A DNA stretch of 64,000 nt from Laetmonice hystrix (Eukaryota). A model generated the notes under the pieces. It made no database searches. It saw nothing but the letters and a program-made list of their open reading frames with translations, and had not been told where the DNA came from. The stretch covers positions 16,864,001 through 16,928,000 of the forward strand of contig OZ249446.1 in assembly GCA_965235115.1 (NCBI GenBank), read 5' to 3'. Shown here piece by piece: positions 1 through 13,080 of the stretch. The translations under genes were made by a program, and so were the position numbers. Position 1 is the stretch's first letter. Every line of letters starts with the position of its first letter.

Positions 1-1206
1 GAGGGCACGTACATTTTTGAATCCCACTTTGATTGTCTCTACTTAAAGTTCTCAAATTAAAAAGTCTTCCAATTCTAAAAAGAACAGAATTAATTGCCCA
101 ATCCTACACCCCAAAGTGGGCAGAAGGCTTCAAGATGTGCTCCAATGTATCAGCAGCTTCTTACTGTATTTCTAGAGGGGGGAAGAGTAGGCCCCCTGGT
201 TGTCTTGGAAACCCATTTATAAACCCGCCTAGGGATAACACTAACGATCCTGTAGCTTGGTAACACTACAAAAATCCATGCGATGTGCAGTTTTATCTTC
301 CTTACCTGTCGTATGTTGTCATCAGTCGCAGAACTAGGACACGCACCATGAGGTGTTCGCTAATAGATTTGTACTTGGAGGCCTCAAATTGTAGCCAGCT
401 GGGCTCTATGGTGAAACATTACTGAAGGCTCAGCCAAAGGTTTGTTGGGATCGGCTAGAGGGACCTCTCCTGTCAGGAACTCTGATCTCTCATAATGCTT
501 CGCCTTAGTATTAGTTTTCAGTTTAATAAAGTAATTTTAGCAGGTCGTCGAAAAATAATTTTAGTCAGTATTTCAAGAAGTACACCACACTACATGGAGC
601 ACAGCTTTGGTTGACGTGGAGAAATAATCGGCCTTAGATATTTTCCAAGCATTGATTATATTGGGTTGCCTCCTTTATAAGAAGAAGAAAGAAGAAAAGG
701 TCGGGTTGTTCCTGTAGCACAGCGGCTCCATTCTTCTGTACCATTGATGGAATTCTTGACAACTTGACAACTCCTGATTTGTGGACGTCGACCAGTTCTG
801 GTTTCACTTGAAAAGATCGGAGTACATTGGGGAGAAATGTCAAGGAAAGCAATGGAATTGGAACCAGTGACAGACAGATATCGGCATGATATATAGATGT
901 AGGCGAGTTGTGACAGTGATTCATGGTGGCAGACAGAGGGTGTGGTGTTTTACTGGCAGACTTGGCGGGCAGGGACAATCGGCACTGATTACTCATGGCT
1001 GAAATCAGAGCAGGTTTCCCCTGGGGCCAGCAAAGTGCCGACAATGATGGACGCTTCTATCGGAATATTTGTCAAATATTACATTCTCAATGATTTCAGA
1101 ATGTCTTGATGTGGGCGTGTATCCATCATAGTATTCTGCTGAGTCCAACATCTACATTAAGTGTTTCCGTGTCCGATTCCTAATTCTGAAGTGCTTATTA
1201 AGGTGT

Positions 1207-2257
1207 TGCGTTGGGGTGTTTTCTTTTGGGACTTTGGTTTATATTAGAGATGTTTAGATGATGTTTATACTTTCCGTTCGTTCTTTGAGTTTGGGGTTTA
1301 AAGGTCCGTTCTCCACCAGGCTTGCGCCACTATTGTCATTTTACGAGAGGTACTAAGGTTCTTCCCAACGCTTAAAAGGGGCTAGCATCAAATGGTAGGG
1401 GTTCCACTCCTAAAGGTAAACGGTTATAGATGATTTCCCAGGTTCTACCACAACATCGACATCTGCGATAAAGTTCTACTATTTATTAACGATCCGTGAA
1501 CAATCCTTCGTCTTCTTGTGAGTACATGGGTTGGTGACGTGAATGAATACACTTGCGATATTATCCGATGAGTACAGAAACCAGACTAATAGGTAACACC
1601 GCTGAGGTAATATATTCCTTTGCCGAGCACTCTCAGGAGAATAACGGAATCCCCGTTCCGTTTCATATAACTTCCAGAACACTTCGTTTCACCAATATTC
1701 CGGGCACTAATACATGTACACTCTTAATCCATTGAACTTTCCAAACACTTGATAATCCGGCTCTCGTATACTCCCTCGTATAGTCCCGTAAATTCCGTTC
1801 TCTGGATCTTATCGTATCCCACAACCTAGTGAAGACCACCAGCTCACTCCTCTCTCCCACTTTCTGATCTTAAGACACTGCACTGCGCCTTTGATTCCTT
1901 CTATTTTCCTATTTATACCCCCCTTATTTTCGATCTATGTCAGTTTTCTCGATCTATGTCATGTCCTAACCTGCACTCTCCTCCTATTGGCCTAAAGTGT
2001 TACTGCCTCCTAATTATTCCGGCCTGGTTTCCTTTATCTATCTGGGTCTTAGTTCTCCTTCTCTGCTTGCCTATTGGTCTAAAGTGTTACTGCGTCCCAA
2101 TTATTCCGGCCTGGTTTCCTTTGCCTATCTGGGTCTTAGCTCCCCTTCTCTGCTCGCCTATTGGTCTAAAGTGTTACTGCGTCCCAATTATACCTCTCTC
2201 TATTTCTGCTCTGACTCTCAGGTTTCTGTTCTTATCCGACCCCAGTGTGCCAACACA
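1207..2257. repeat. Copy 1 of an apparently identical 1051-bp tandem duplication
   Basis: Matches 2323-3373 at offset 1116; ORF track shows identical ORFs at 1479/2595, 1553/2669 and 1663/2779. Confidence 0.97.
1983..2192. repeat. 87-bp tandem repeat, ~2.4 copies (also at 3099-3308)
   Basis: cctattgg(c/t)ctaaagtgttactgc unit starts at 1983, 2070 and 2157. Confidence 0.9.
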
Positions 2258-2322
2258 CCCGCCGGGTCCCCCTTTTAAATAATTTCCGCAGGGAATTATT
2301 TATACCCGGGTTCTCCACCAGA

Positions 2323-3373
2323 TGCGTTGGGGTGTTTTCTTTTGGGACTTTGGTTTATATTAGAGATGTTTAGATGATGTTTATACTTTCCGTTCGTTCT
2401 TTGAGTTTGGGGTTTAAAGGTCCGTTCTCCACCAGGCTTGCGCCACTATTGTCATTTTACGAGAGGTACTAAGGTTCTTCCCAACGCTTAAAAGGGGCTA
2501 GCATCAAATGGTAGGGGTTCCACTCCTAAAGGTAAACGGTTATAGATGATTTCCCAGGTTCTACCACAACATCGACATCTGCGATAAAGTTCTACTATTT
2601 ATTAACGATCCGTGAACAATCCTTCGTCTTCTTGTGAGTACATGGGTTGGTGACGTGAATGAATACACTTGCGATATTATCCGATGAGTACAGAAACCAG
2701 ACTAATAGGTAACACCGCTGAGGTAATATATTCCTTTGCCGAGCACTCTCAGGAGAATAACGGAATCCCCGTTCCGTTTCATATAACTTCCAGAACACTT
2801 CGTTTCACCAATATTCCGGGCACTAATACATGTACACTCTTAATCCATTGAACTTTCCAAACACTTGATAATCCGGCTCTCGTATACTCCCTCGTATAGT
2901 CCCGTAAATTCCGTTCTCTGGATCTTATCGTATCCCACAACCTAGTGAAGACCACCAGCTCACTCCTCTCTCCCACTTTCTGATCTTAAGACACTGCACT
3001 GCGCCTTTGATTCCTTCTATTTTCCTATTTATACCCCCCTTATTTTCGATCTATGTCAGTTTTCTCGATCTATGTCATGTCCTAACCTGCACTCTCCTCC
3101 TATTGGCCTAAAGTGTTACTGCCTCCTAATTATTCCGGCCTGGTTTCCTTTATCTATCTGGGTCTTAGTTCTCCTTCTCTGCTTGCCTATTGGTCTAAAG
3201 TGTTACTGCGTCCCAATTATTCCGGCCTGGTTTCCTTTGCCTATCTGGGTCTTAGCTCCCCTTCTCTGCTCGCCTATTGGTCTAAAGTGTTACTGCGTCC
3301 CAATTATACCTCTCTCTATTTCTGCTCTGACTCTCAGGTTTCTGTTCTTATCCGACCCCAGTGTGCCAACACA
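2323..3373. repeat. Copy 2 of the 1051-bp tandem duplication
   Basis: Starts tgcgttggggtg and ends gccaacaca, as does copy 1. Confidence 0.97.
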
Positions 3374-6109
3374 GTGTCATGAAATCAGAACTGGCTAGGG
3401 CAACGAAAGAAGAGTCAAACAAATTTGCTAGGTAATCTCGAAGACAAAACTTGGACTAAGAAAGGAGGCCAGGAACACGGTCAAAAATTGAGAAGGGAAA
3501 TGTTACACTCTTTGGAATCGCAAAAACGCAATCGGAAATCGATCATGTGAATGTCTTGTTGGTCACACAACACTAACAGGCGCATGGTATGGCTCACCGA
3601 GGGCCTTTTTATGTCCAGCCTTCGCACTGTGACCAGCCTTGTTATCCTGTGTGTAGGAGGGGAAACAGTTCCGAGGCCATGGTGTTGGTATCTGAGACCG
3701 ACGGCATTGAGGACCCTAGTGAGGTCATCATCAACTCACAGCGGAGCCCGTCACATGTTGTGCAAGACGGCGTCCAAATAAATGTAATAATATTGATTTT
3801 AAGCCGTTGAAAAACGGCGGATAGGAACATGATGGAAGCTACGGGTGGCAGGAGGGAGCGATGGCGTACGAAGGTTGAATAAATGTTGTCGTAAACTTTG
3901 GGCGCCGTTGTCGACACAGTAGGGATCATAATGTATTGGTACGACTCGCTCAGCAATGATGGCGCACTGTGTTGGTTTGACTTGGGAGACAGAGATCGGG
4001 TTTGTTACCATGGGTCATTTATGGGAACAATGGGATCCATGTTGAAGGATGGGGTGGGGGTGTTATGGGAGATTGGTCGGGGTGAGGACAATAGATGTCG
4101 CATTGTTACCGCTGGCTGCGAGTGTGACAGATTGTCCGGGTGAAGGCTCACAGAACCACAGCGCCACTCCCTCCACCTCCCCCACCCCAGAATTAGGGTT
4201 AATTAACATTAGGTCGTTTACTGCTACGGGTGCCGAGCGGCCGGTCCTTTGTTTCCACCTGTTAGGGTACATGGGGGCTGCATTTCCAGGGATTTCATGC
4301 TGCAAATGTAGCCACTTGGCGTGCTTAAGTTGTATATGGGAAAGGATTTTAATCGTTTGCTGCAGGTTGGTAGCTGAAGTGTAAAGTGGTGATGAGTGGA
4401 GAGGAGAACTTTATGGACCCGAGGAGGTCAGTGGGGGAAAGGTCACGTAGTTGGCGGAGTCTAAGTAACAGCATTATACTGTTGACAACAGTTGGCTTTT
4501 AAAATAAGATGGGCAAATCGATAACAGTAGTCAGCCGGACTGGGCGGTCTGAGGGCAGATTTAAAGTGTGTCAGTGGAATGGCCAGTGTCTGCCTGGCGG
4601 CTGGCGAAAGGAGCGAGGCTGGCAGTTTGGCCATCATTGTTTCTAGATGCATCTGGCATGCGAATCGGGGCGGTGTTATTTGATGTAATAGGTTCCGTTG
4701 TGAGGGTTTGCAAGCAGGACTTGATGGAGCAATAAGAGGGTGGAGTTGAAGGTGGACCACACTAGTCTGTTTTGATCCGTCAGGCGCCTAGTCTACCAGG
4801 TTCTACATAATAAGTGGACCTTTTTGTGAGAGTCAATCAATTGTACTCGCTACGTCAGTGAGCAAGTAAAGACCTTCTCCCTGGCGGTGGTGGTGGTTAG
4901 CTCAGTGTTTTGTAATAATTGCCTGATAAACTTCGCAATGATATTTTAAAGTTGGTGAAAGCTACCTTTAGGCTATGTATGGAAAGCTTATAGTACGATC
5001 AAGGCATCGTTTGTGACAAGGTTGTATAAAAATCGAAGAGGTCATTGCTTTATATGCATGAAAAAAATCAACATTGATCAAAGATAAAAACCTGGCCATA
5101 ATTTCCTGCTCTTATAATAACTGCTGGCGTTAACAGATTATAAAGAAACAATCGAAGGGGGATATGCGCTTGCTTAATTGAGAGCATCATCGTAGGGGTG
5201 CGTTAACATACTTTAGAGTTGCATAATTTATAAGGGCGCCCCCTTGGTCGTAAATTATGTGGAAATGACGTGCCTTGATTTTATCCATGCTCGACCCCAC
5301 GTGTTGGCCAGGCCTGATAATGCCAGTCCCATCATGCATCATTCTAGTGGTGTCCTCAGGGGTTCACAAGTTTTTAATCAGGCACCGAGGGGTTCATAGA
5401 CTGAGGCAGTGGACTGAACGGTTCGAGTCCCTTCTGGCGTCGTCTTCATAGGCGTGACATAAAGTTCGATGTTTTATGTCTTGACAGTCAGGTTTATGGG
5501 AGTGGCAAAGTTTTAATTACCTTTTTTAGGTCCTAAGGCCTTCACCCAGTTCATTACGCCGGGAACTAGTTAAATGTACCAGTAATAATCAATATGACTG
5601 TCGTACTGGCGTTCAGTTTTGAGAAGTATAACATTTCTGGTTATTTAAATGATGGAATAAAGAAAATGTGAACGGTTACTTTTTTGTCATCGGACGCAAA
5701 CTTTTGTGACACCCTGTAAATGACAAATCTTGAAGTCGTGGAGAAGCCTCACACCGTCGTGTAGACGCTGGTGTAGCGGTATGGGACAGATGGCGGAGTG
5801 AGCCGTCCTGATGGTGGGCCAGCTGCCGGAGCCACGCGTGCTGGCTGGGATGGCAAGGTCAGAGTTCATCATAGTAGGACGAGAAGGTCACACATTATGA
5901 GCATCATCTTATGCTATTGTAAGAACAACGGAAATCAGCGTGTAATCTTGGGAGTAGATGTGTTACCTTGATGGAATGCTGAGTCAAAACGGACAAATGC
6001 TAGGATAGGTTGCAAAAAAAAATAAATGTGTCAGCCTGCAACTACCCGGGCCATCGTTGGTTTCAACATGATGGCGTCTAACCCAGTCTGGGGGAAAAAG
6101 GAAACAGGC

Positions 6110-6329
6110 CAGGTTTACCAGTCTAACGAGGTCCACTGGGCTTTTACACAGTTGGTTCCATCCATACTAAAGGAGTCCGCATCTGCAGCCCGCTTCGTGC
6201 CTCGGAGTGGAGGTTCAGAGACCGGCATGAATACTGGTGCTGCCATCTGGAGATGGTGTAAGCAGATACGACTTGGGTTCAAAGGAAGGTTAAATACGAT
6301 CATGCACAGAAGGTATTGAAAAATACTTG

Positions 6330-6330
<1 letters not shown>
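6110..6330 (-). mobile_element. Possible DIRS-type tyrosine recombinase C-terminal remnant
   Basis: VSAYTISRW followed in another frame by LRGTKRAA...KAQWTS, resembling the TISRW...HSTR...AGWSS pattern. Confidence 0.3.
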
Positions 6331-6360
<30 letters not shown>

Positions 6361-6615
6361 AATACCAAAGCAAACCAGGTAAAAGACTATTTTCAATTCA
6401 AGAGTTTGAGTGGCACTGGGTGAGGCGAGAGTTTTAGATGGGTTGGTATCATTCGACAGGTTCGCCCTAATTAATAAACGACGATGATTACACATTGGCC
6501 GAGGGTTGGGCCAATGCTCCTCACCTGTCTTAAATATAGGCATCAATATCCCCCTACAATCTAGGACTACATTGTAGTTACACAAAAAGTTAAAGGCTCC
6601 ACTGCTATGTTCCAG

Positions 6616-7179
6616 GGTACCGGTTCTTCAAGGCGACCATGTTCCTGACCGGGTTCATGTTCGGCTCCGTTCTCACCTACCTCATCTGTCTGGAGGAAGA
6701 ACTGCTCCCACTGGAGGGCAAAGTGGGCGTGGCGCTGGCGGCTGGCCTCCTGTGCGGCCTCATCACCATGCTCGTCCAGTACGTAGGGCTCTTCATGACA
6801 GGCCTCCACTTCGGCCTGCTCATCGGCATCGCCGCCCTCGTTGTTATGGAGCAGTTCTACCACCCAACCACCAAGTGGATCACCATCGGAATATTGTTTG
6901 GTAATGGCTTACTGTGCGCCCTGCTGACGCTGTACTTCCAGAAGGGCCTTACCATCCTGGGAACCGCCATATTCGGCGCGGCGCAGATGACAACAGCGCT
7001 GGATTATTACGTGGAGATGTTTAAGATGGTACACTATGTGTGGGACAGAGTGAAAGCGGAGCCGGTGCGCCCGGTCTGTTGGTTCAGTTGGATCATACTC
7101 GGTCTATGGCCGGCTGCCTTCTTCATAGGAACACTCACTCAGTGGAGAGTGACCGGAAAGGGATTCTCTCACAATGAAG
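6616..7179 (+). CDS. TMEM198: TMEM198 (DUF4203 multi-pass membrane protein), large internal exon
   Basis: ttccag acceptor, then GYRFFKATMFLTGFMFGS...CWFSWIILGLWP...QWRVTGKGFSHNE, then GT donor at 7180; closely resembles vertebrate TMEM198. Confidence 0.95.
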
Positions 7180-7434
7180 GTTGGTTGTTTACTCCCGTCG
7201 TCATGGTGACAGCGTCTTCGTGTCAAAGGTTGCAACTCCAAATATTAAACCTCAAACCAGTGAGGTCACCAATTGTGATGTTTATGGCACCGTATCATTG
7301 TGCCATATATTTGGCATGTAGGTGATTTTGGGCAAGCTTTGGCAAAATGGATAGAATTTGCTAAAGTCACTTCCATTGATGGATCTTGTGTTATTGTTTG
7401 ATCTGGATAACATTGCTTTGTCATTTTGTTCTAG

Positions 7435-7565
7435 TGGTTCAAAATCGTAAAAAGCAAAAAGTGAATTTGGAGAGATTACGTGCCAAGGAGCGTCGGGACA
7501 ACCAGCACTCACGGTACCGGCATCTGTACCAGGTTCGCCGGTCTAACGGGGACGTCATAGCTCGG
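7435..7565 (+). CDS. TMEM198: TMEM198 exon (start of cytoplasmic tail)
   Basis: ttctag acceptor with compatible phase 1; VVQNRKKQKVNLERLRAKE...RRSNGDVIAR; gtatgt donor. Confidence 0.9.
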
Positions 7566-9574
7566 GTATGTGTCAATATCAAGTCGAAACCTTTTCTTTT
7601 TATCACTTTAATATCTATTTGTGAAAGAAAAAATTTGGAGTTGTTTGGTTACATTCTAGGTGAGCTTCTTTCTGGTAAATCGATTAATAGTAACAGTGGA
7701 GACAGCTGGTGGGTATTGACGAAACTACACAATTCTGGCTCTTATGTGATACATTGTCATGTGATTTTGGTACATAGGGATTTTTAGAGAATGGGAAATA
7801 TGTTTCTCGCTTAATCACGAAGCTTTTGTGTGTATGTATGTATATATATAGATTACGTTAGCTAAGAACGAATGATCGAGTTTAGTAGTTTGTATAATTG
7901 TAAAAGAGAACGGTTGTGACAACTTGACGGGAGCCAAGTTGTAGGATGAAGGATCTTTTTGTGTGAGTGTCCATTGTTTTTAATGTCGTCATGGTTACTT
8001 GTCTGCTTGGTGAATCCTTGGACTCAGGTGGGCCTGCTGGTACGTAATTACTTAGTTTTGTCTAGGAGATTACTCAAGTGCGTTATCCTTTCAACAGTAA
8101 CTACATGTGTTGGTAACGACTACACCGCACCTGTTGTCTAACCCAACGTACCCTGCACTGAGTGTCTCCACCTGGCGGCGGTGATGCTAACCTTCATGAA
8201 CCTCCCGCCTCCATATCTTTGGTTCGACGTTCTTCGGACATTTCTGTCTGGTTTAGCACAGTTCCAACAATCTTGTTTGCTACCAAGAACTATTTTTTCA
8301 AACTTTCATGTATAAAATTACAAGATGCTTCAATGTAGTGTCTTACCTTGTAAACTCGTCCTTTCCTTTGTAGATAGTTACAGACTGTGGACTTGGAAAC
8401 ACTCGTAGCTTTGTAACTCATATTTTAAATGCAGGATGAACTTGAGAATGGGACGACAGGCATTCGGATTGATTATTGCGTTTTGCATTTAGAAAAAAAA
8501 CTCATCCTTTTTGGTAGACCTTCAGTAGTGCAGAGCTTGAGCCTACCTTTGTAGCCACCGTTCATGTACATATATGTGTGGGGCTGAGCAGGCTACTCCC
8601 ATCCCAACGCCCTCGTCTTCCTGGCCAGACTAACGGTCTTTAAGAACCAGTTTTAAAAAGGCTTTGATTGCTGGTGGGTCAGGTCACATCTTGTAGTAGA
8701 GAACAAAAGGGAGTCTGGGTGTGTAAGCACAAGTAATATTTGACACTTTAACGTATAATACAGTGAAATTTTACCGTAATAACCAGTACTACAGTAAGGA
8801 GATGTATACAGTACGTGGGGATATACTGTGTACAGTAACAATTATTACATAAACCCCTGAAACCAGTGACACCAGGTATACAGCGTCCAAAGGGTCAAAG
8901 TTTAGCCGTCATTGTAAACCCACGTACAAGTTATCTCTCATATATCCTCCCCAGTTTGTGTCACCATGACATACAGTGAAACAGTTGAGCATAGTTTACG
9001 TACACATAATGTTGGCAATATCTTATGTTTCCTAACCTAAGCAGTTGGTAAGATCTTTGACAATGATATATAGCATAGTCACCATAGTTGTTAATATGTC
9101 AGGTATATTCATATACATCTCGGTGCTGCCAGGTTTTCAGGAAGCAAAGTCATGACAGTATTTTTTTAAAAAGAGTTGGTGCAAATGATAATACTAGTAG
9201 GCATGTTCCTATACAACTTCGGCTTTAGGCCTTTTTTGATGGAGACCCTTCCTTTCTCAGGAAAGCTCACAAGTGTCATAACATGATTGTTTTTCAAGGG
9301 ACTGGATCCACTGGACTGGCCGGCTGGCCAGTTGTGACGTTGTACGTTGTTGTATAAAATACTGACAGAGAATTTATGTCGATATAAAATCAGTTAGGTA
9401 GAAGACGGGTTGTTCCAATGCTGGGTTATATTCGAATGTATGATGTTCATGGGCCGCTCTCATGGCGGACCAGTGGATCCTTGAAGTGAACAATTTGATT
9501 GGTAGCGTGCTCTGTGCTGCCCCCTGGCGGCGACGCGGCGTGAGTTTTGACGTATGACGTATGTAATGTTACAG

Positions 9575-9703
9575 ACGGGTGACGTGGAGAGTGGCACCGT
9601 CCAGGAGGTGGTGAGCGAACCGCCCACCGTACCTGGCACCATACATTCCAGATACCGCCACTTCTACAAGGTCCGCAGGTCTAACGGCGACGTCATCTCT
9701 AGG
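9575..9703 (+). CDS. TMEM198: TMEM198 phase 0-0 exon carrying a second copy of the RRSNGDVI motif
   Basis: ttacag acceptor; TGDVESG...HSRYRHFYKVRRSNGDVISR; gtaggt donor; 129 nt. Confidence 0.75.
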
Positions 9704-10329
9704 GTAGGTCAGGGGTCAAAGGTCACTCAACCATGCATGTCGTCAGAGATTAGTGTCAAGGCTGACTGTGAGTAGATATAGAAATGGAGGATTCGTCTAA
9801 ACATTTTTTTTTCTGAGACTGAGTTTTTTTTTTTATTTAAGTTTTGGGCATCTGGAAATGGTGGACTAGGATTGTAAGATTTTCCTGGAAATTTTCTGTT
9901 AACACGGTGTGGCAATACTGAACAGGGGTATCTGTGAAAGTCCTAAGGGTTTTCTGTTATTTGCAATAATTTTTTAAAAGCCAACTACTTGGAAATGTGT
10001 GATACGTTATATTATGACATGCCTAGATCTTTGGTTATAAGAAGGAATGTGACAATAATTTGTCGCATGGGAAAATCTAAATATGGAAACCTAACTACGC
10101 ATATGTTGGCAGAGAATTTTAGAAGGCAGGACCTGTGGGTAGACGTAGCTTGAAATCCTTGCATGTTTATGCCATCACCAGCCCCCAGCATGGCGCTAGG
10201 GTATTACATAGTCTTCTAGTCTTTAACATTAAACGATGAAGTTTTAAGGGACAGAAGATTACGTACTGCTCCTCCCCTCCCTCGTGGTGTCTTTCTCCAG
10301 CCCCCTCGCTTGCATGCCCCCCCCCCCCT

Positions 10330-10794
10330 CCAAAAAAAAAGATGAATTGGGCGTGTGGTAGATCTTTTCCATGAACCCATTCCCCCCAGCGGATTATCTG
10401 CGGGGTGAGGAGTGTGGAATTTTAGTAATTTTAACAGAGTGCCAGTGATTGAGGCACTAATGTATTCATTGGGAAAGATCCTCCAATCGTCCGAAATCAG
10501 TATTAATAGTGAAGTTTGCGAGTTGCGAGTCAATTTTACAGCTACGTTATGCTTGAAATCGCCCAGGCATTTCCCTTTAACCGTTAGCATTACTATGTCT
10601 GCACTTTGAACTATGAGGGTCACAAAAGAGTCTACATTAGGTGACCTATATGTTTTTCTTAAACTTACTAACTTCAAACCTTTGCTTGCCACTGCACTTG
10701 GTTCATCTGACATTAAAGTTTTGTTAGCTCCTCGATCCAATTTAAGCTGGGGGTGTTTACGTATACAAGGGTGGGACTTTATGCTGCCGGTCAA
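10330..10794 (-). mobile_element. Degenerate LINE RT C-terminal remnant (I/Jockey-like)
   Basis: KLDR...SKGLKLVSLR...HNVAVKLTRNSQTSLL resembles the post-RT region of LINE ORF2. Confidence 0.3.
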
Positions 10795-12146
10795 CTATTA
10801 CTGTGAATTCTGGAGGCACTGGTGGACAATTTTTTACCGGCTCTCTCTCCTATGTCGTGGCGGTAGCAGGTGGGTGTGTTGGCAGTAGTTGTACATAACT
10901 TGGTCCTAGGTAACAGTGACACAACAGTGACTCCGGGTGTAATGTTTCATCCAGTGTCGATGTGGCAGTGATACAGTTAACATATTAAATCAAATTCTCA
11001 TCATATTGTCTTCATGGTTTCCGCAAGGAAAATACTTTCTATGCGATTCAGTGGATTAGTATAAAATCAATTATTAGGGAATGGTCCTTCGATGTATCCA
11101 AATGCGTTGCCTTTCCCCTACTTCCTCTTAGTCGCCCACATCTTCCTTTGCCCCTTCCACCAAACTTTTGCTGCCGTCCCAGCTATCACCTGGCCTGCCA
11201 TTATGTAGATCTGATCTTGGAACGTTGACACAGCGGAGAGTATGGAAACTATGATGAAGTCCAACATGGGCAGAGTTCAGCCCTGTATCCATGGCCACCT
11301 TTAACTACCACGTCCAAGTGGACCTCGCCCAGCCGTGGACAGATGGAGAGGGCTGTTTGATGTGTGTGTGTGAAGTATAAATGTAGCATGTGGTATGGGA
11401 ATGTGTAACGTGTGTGTTTAGTTTATAAAACCTTTTCATTACACAACATGTATGCATCTCGCCTTGTTCTGCCTGTATTAATTACCGTTTTCATTATTTA
11501 TTATGTTTACATTTCCCCCCCCCCCCCAACCTTTTTGTAGTTTTCTTGGTTTTCTTGGTTTTCTTACATTCTGGATTTTCGCACCGGTAGTCGTTTTATC
11601 ACTCTTACGTTATACCACTGATTTGGTGTCATTTGTATATTACTTTTAAATTTACATATTTTGTATTCTTCACCTTGAACCCTGTGCTATCTTTGACATA
11701 CATGTAGTAGTAAAATTCAATGGCATGGATAATCTATCTACCCAGTAAACTGTCTGAAGTGTGGATACTATACAAACACAGCAGTTTTATTTCACAATAA
11801 TGCATGCAATAGTAAATTAGGTTCACCCGTCTATATGACCTTATCCAGACATTATCAAGAAAGAAATACTTTTTTCTCTGATTTGTATCTTGAGGTAATT
11901 TGCTTTGACTTATTTTTATTTACTCTGTGATGTATTTTGTTGAATGTATGTTGCTGTGATTCGATGGCCGTGGTTCTGCTGTAGCTGTGTCTGTAAATTA
12001 GCTGTGCCCGCTACAACCAGCTGTGAGATTAAGCTGGCCACAGCTGATTGTAGCTGGCAGCTGACCGTGGTTGTTGGCGGCATCTGGCTGGGATTGGCTG
12101 TGCACACAGGGAACCGTTGTTGATCAGTCACGGCTGGTGCAGTCTC

Positions 12147-12350
12147 CAGCCAGCCGGGGTCAGTCACGCCGGACCGTGGTTACAGGCCCCAGCCAGCCGG
12201 GGTCAGTCACGCCTGACCGTGGTTACAGGCCCCAGCCAGCCGGGGTCAGTCACACGTAACCGTGGTTACAGGCCCCAGCCAGCCGGGGTCAGTCACACGT
12301 AACCGTGGTTACAGGCCCCAGCCAGCCACGGTTGGCCGTGGCTACAGGCC
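12147..12350. repeat. 43-bp minisatellite, ~4.5 copies
   Basis: cagccagccggggtcagtcac... at 12147, 12190, 12233, 12276. Confidence 0.92.
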
Positions 12351-13080
12351 CCGCCTGACCGTGGTTACTTGCCGTCATAGTCGTGAACCCGGCCGTGCTG
12401 ACAGCTACAGCGGCAGACACGGCGGGTGGGCAGAGGGATGACGGTGGACGTTGTAGTAGTTGTGGCTCCAAGCACAATCCTATCATTCCCGTTGCAGATC
12501 ATGACGCCCGTAAGGTCCCCAACACCTAGTACAGATGAGTAAATGTAAGACCAGTTTCCTCAACTCAACCTGTAGGCAAGCTCCGCTGCCACTCTTTCTC
12601 TCTCCTTGATTGACCACTCCTCCAGTCAAACATCAGAATAACGTCCTGCAGTCTCCCAGAGAAATCTTTATTTATCTGCCCTAGCTCTAAGATTGCATTT
12701 TGATTTAGAACTGTAAGGTCTTCTATTGATTGGACACAGGTACATATGATTAGGATCAATCAAATCTAGTTTCAGGTAGAGCGCATTATGTTCTTTTTTT
12801 ATTATTTCTGACTCGTAATAAGAGAGTAGTCATTATTAAACACTTTAGGCTTACTGATAATAATTTCTATAACACAAATGGTAAGGGACATTTTTAAGTA
12901 GTAATCGTTTCCAGTTTAAGAGTCAAATCATTCGGGCTCGAGGTGTTCATACCAGAAAATAAATGAGAATGGTAGTTTGTGTTTCATGTCAGAACATTAT
13001 GGCCGTCCTACAATATGATATATTTTAACACTGCAGCCTTGATCGCAACACATGCAGGGGGGAATGGGGATGTCTGGTGT

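Larger units (their letters stand above)
1..5400 (-). mobile_element. Heavily decayed tyrosine-recombinase (Ngaro/DIRS-like) retrotransposon fragments
   Basis: Frameshifted minus-strand remnants in gag-RT-RNaseH-YR order: SAPVAVND (~4230), YLDAVL resembling YLDD (~3775), DNSG RNase H-like motif (~1335), YR-like RSEF (~480), PRQPGGLLF (~190) and FRIG (~75). Boundaries approximate; may be more than one element. Confidence 0.6.

Noticed and set aside
6330-6400. Minus-strand IVFYLVCFGIFFFWG as the missing first TMEM198 helix
   Set aside because: Wrong strand, and produced by polyA/polyC runs.
12377-12530. Possible extra TMEM198 exon
   Set aside because: The acceptor phase gives an immediate stop, and there is no homology.
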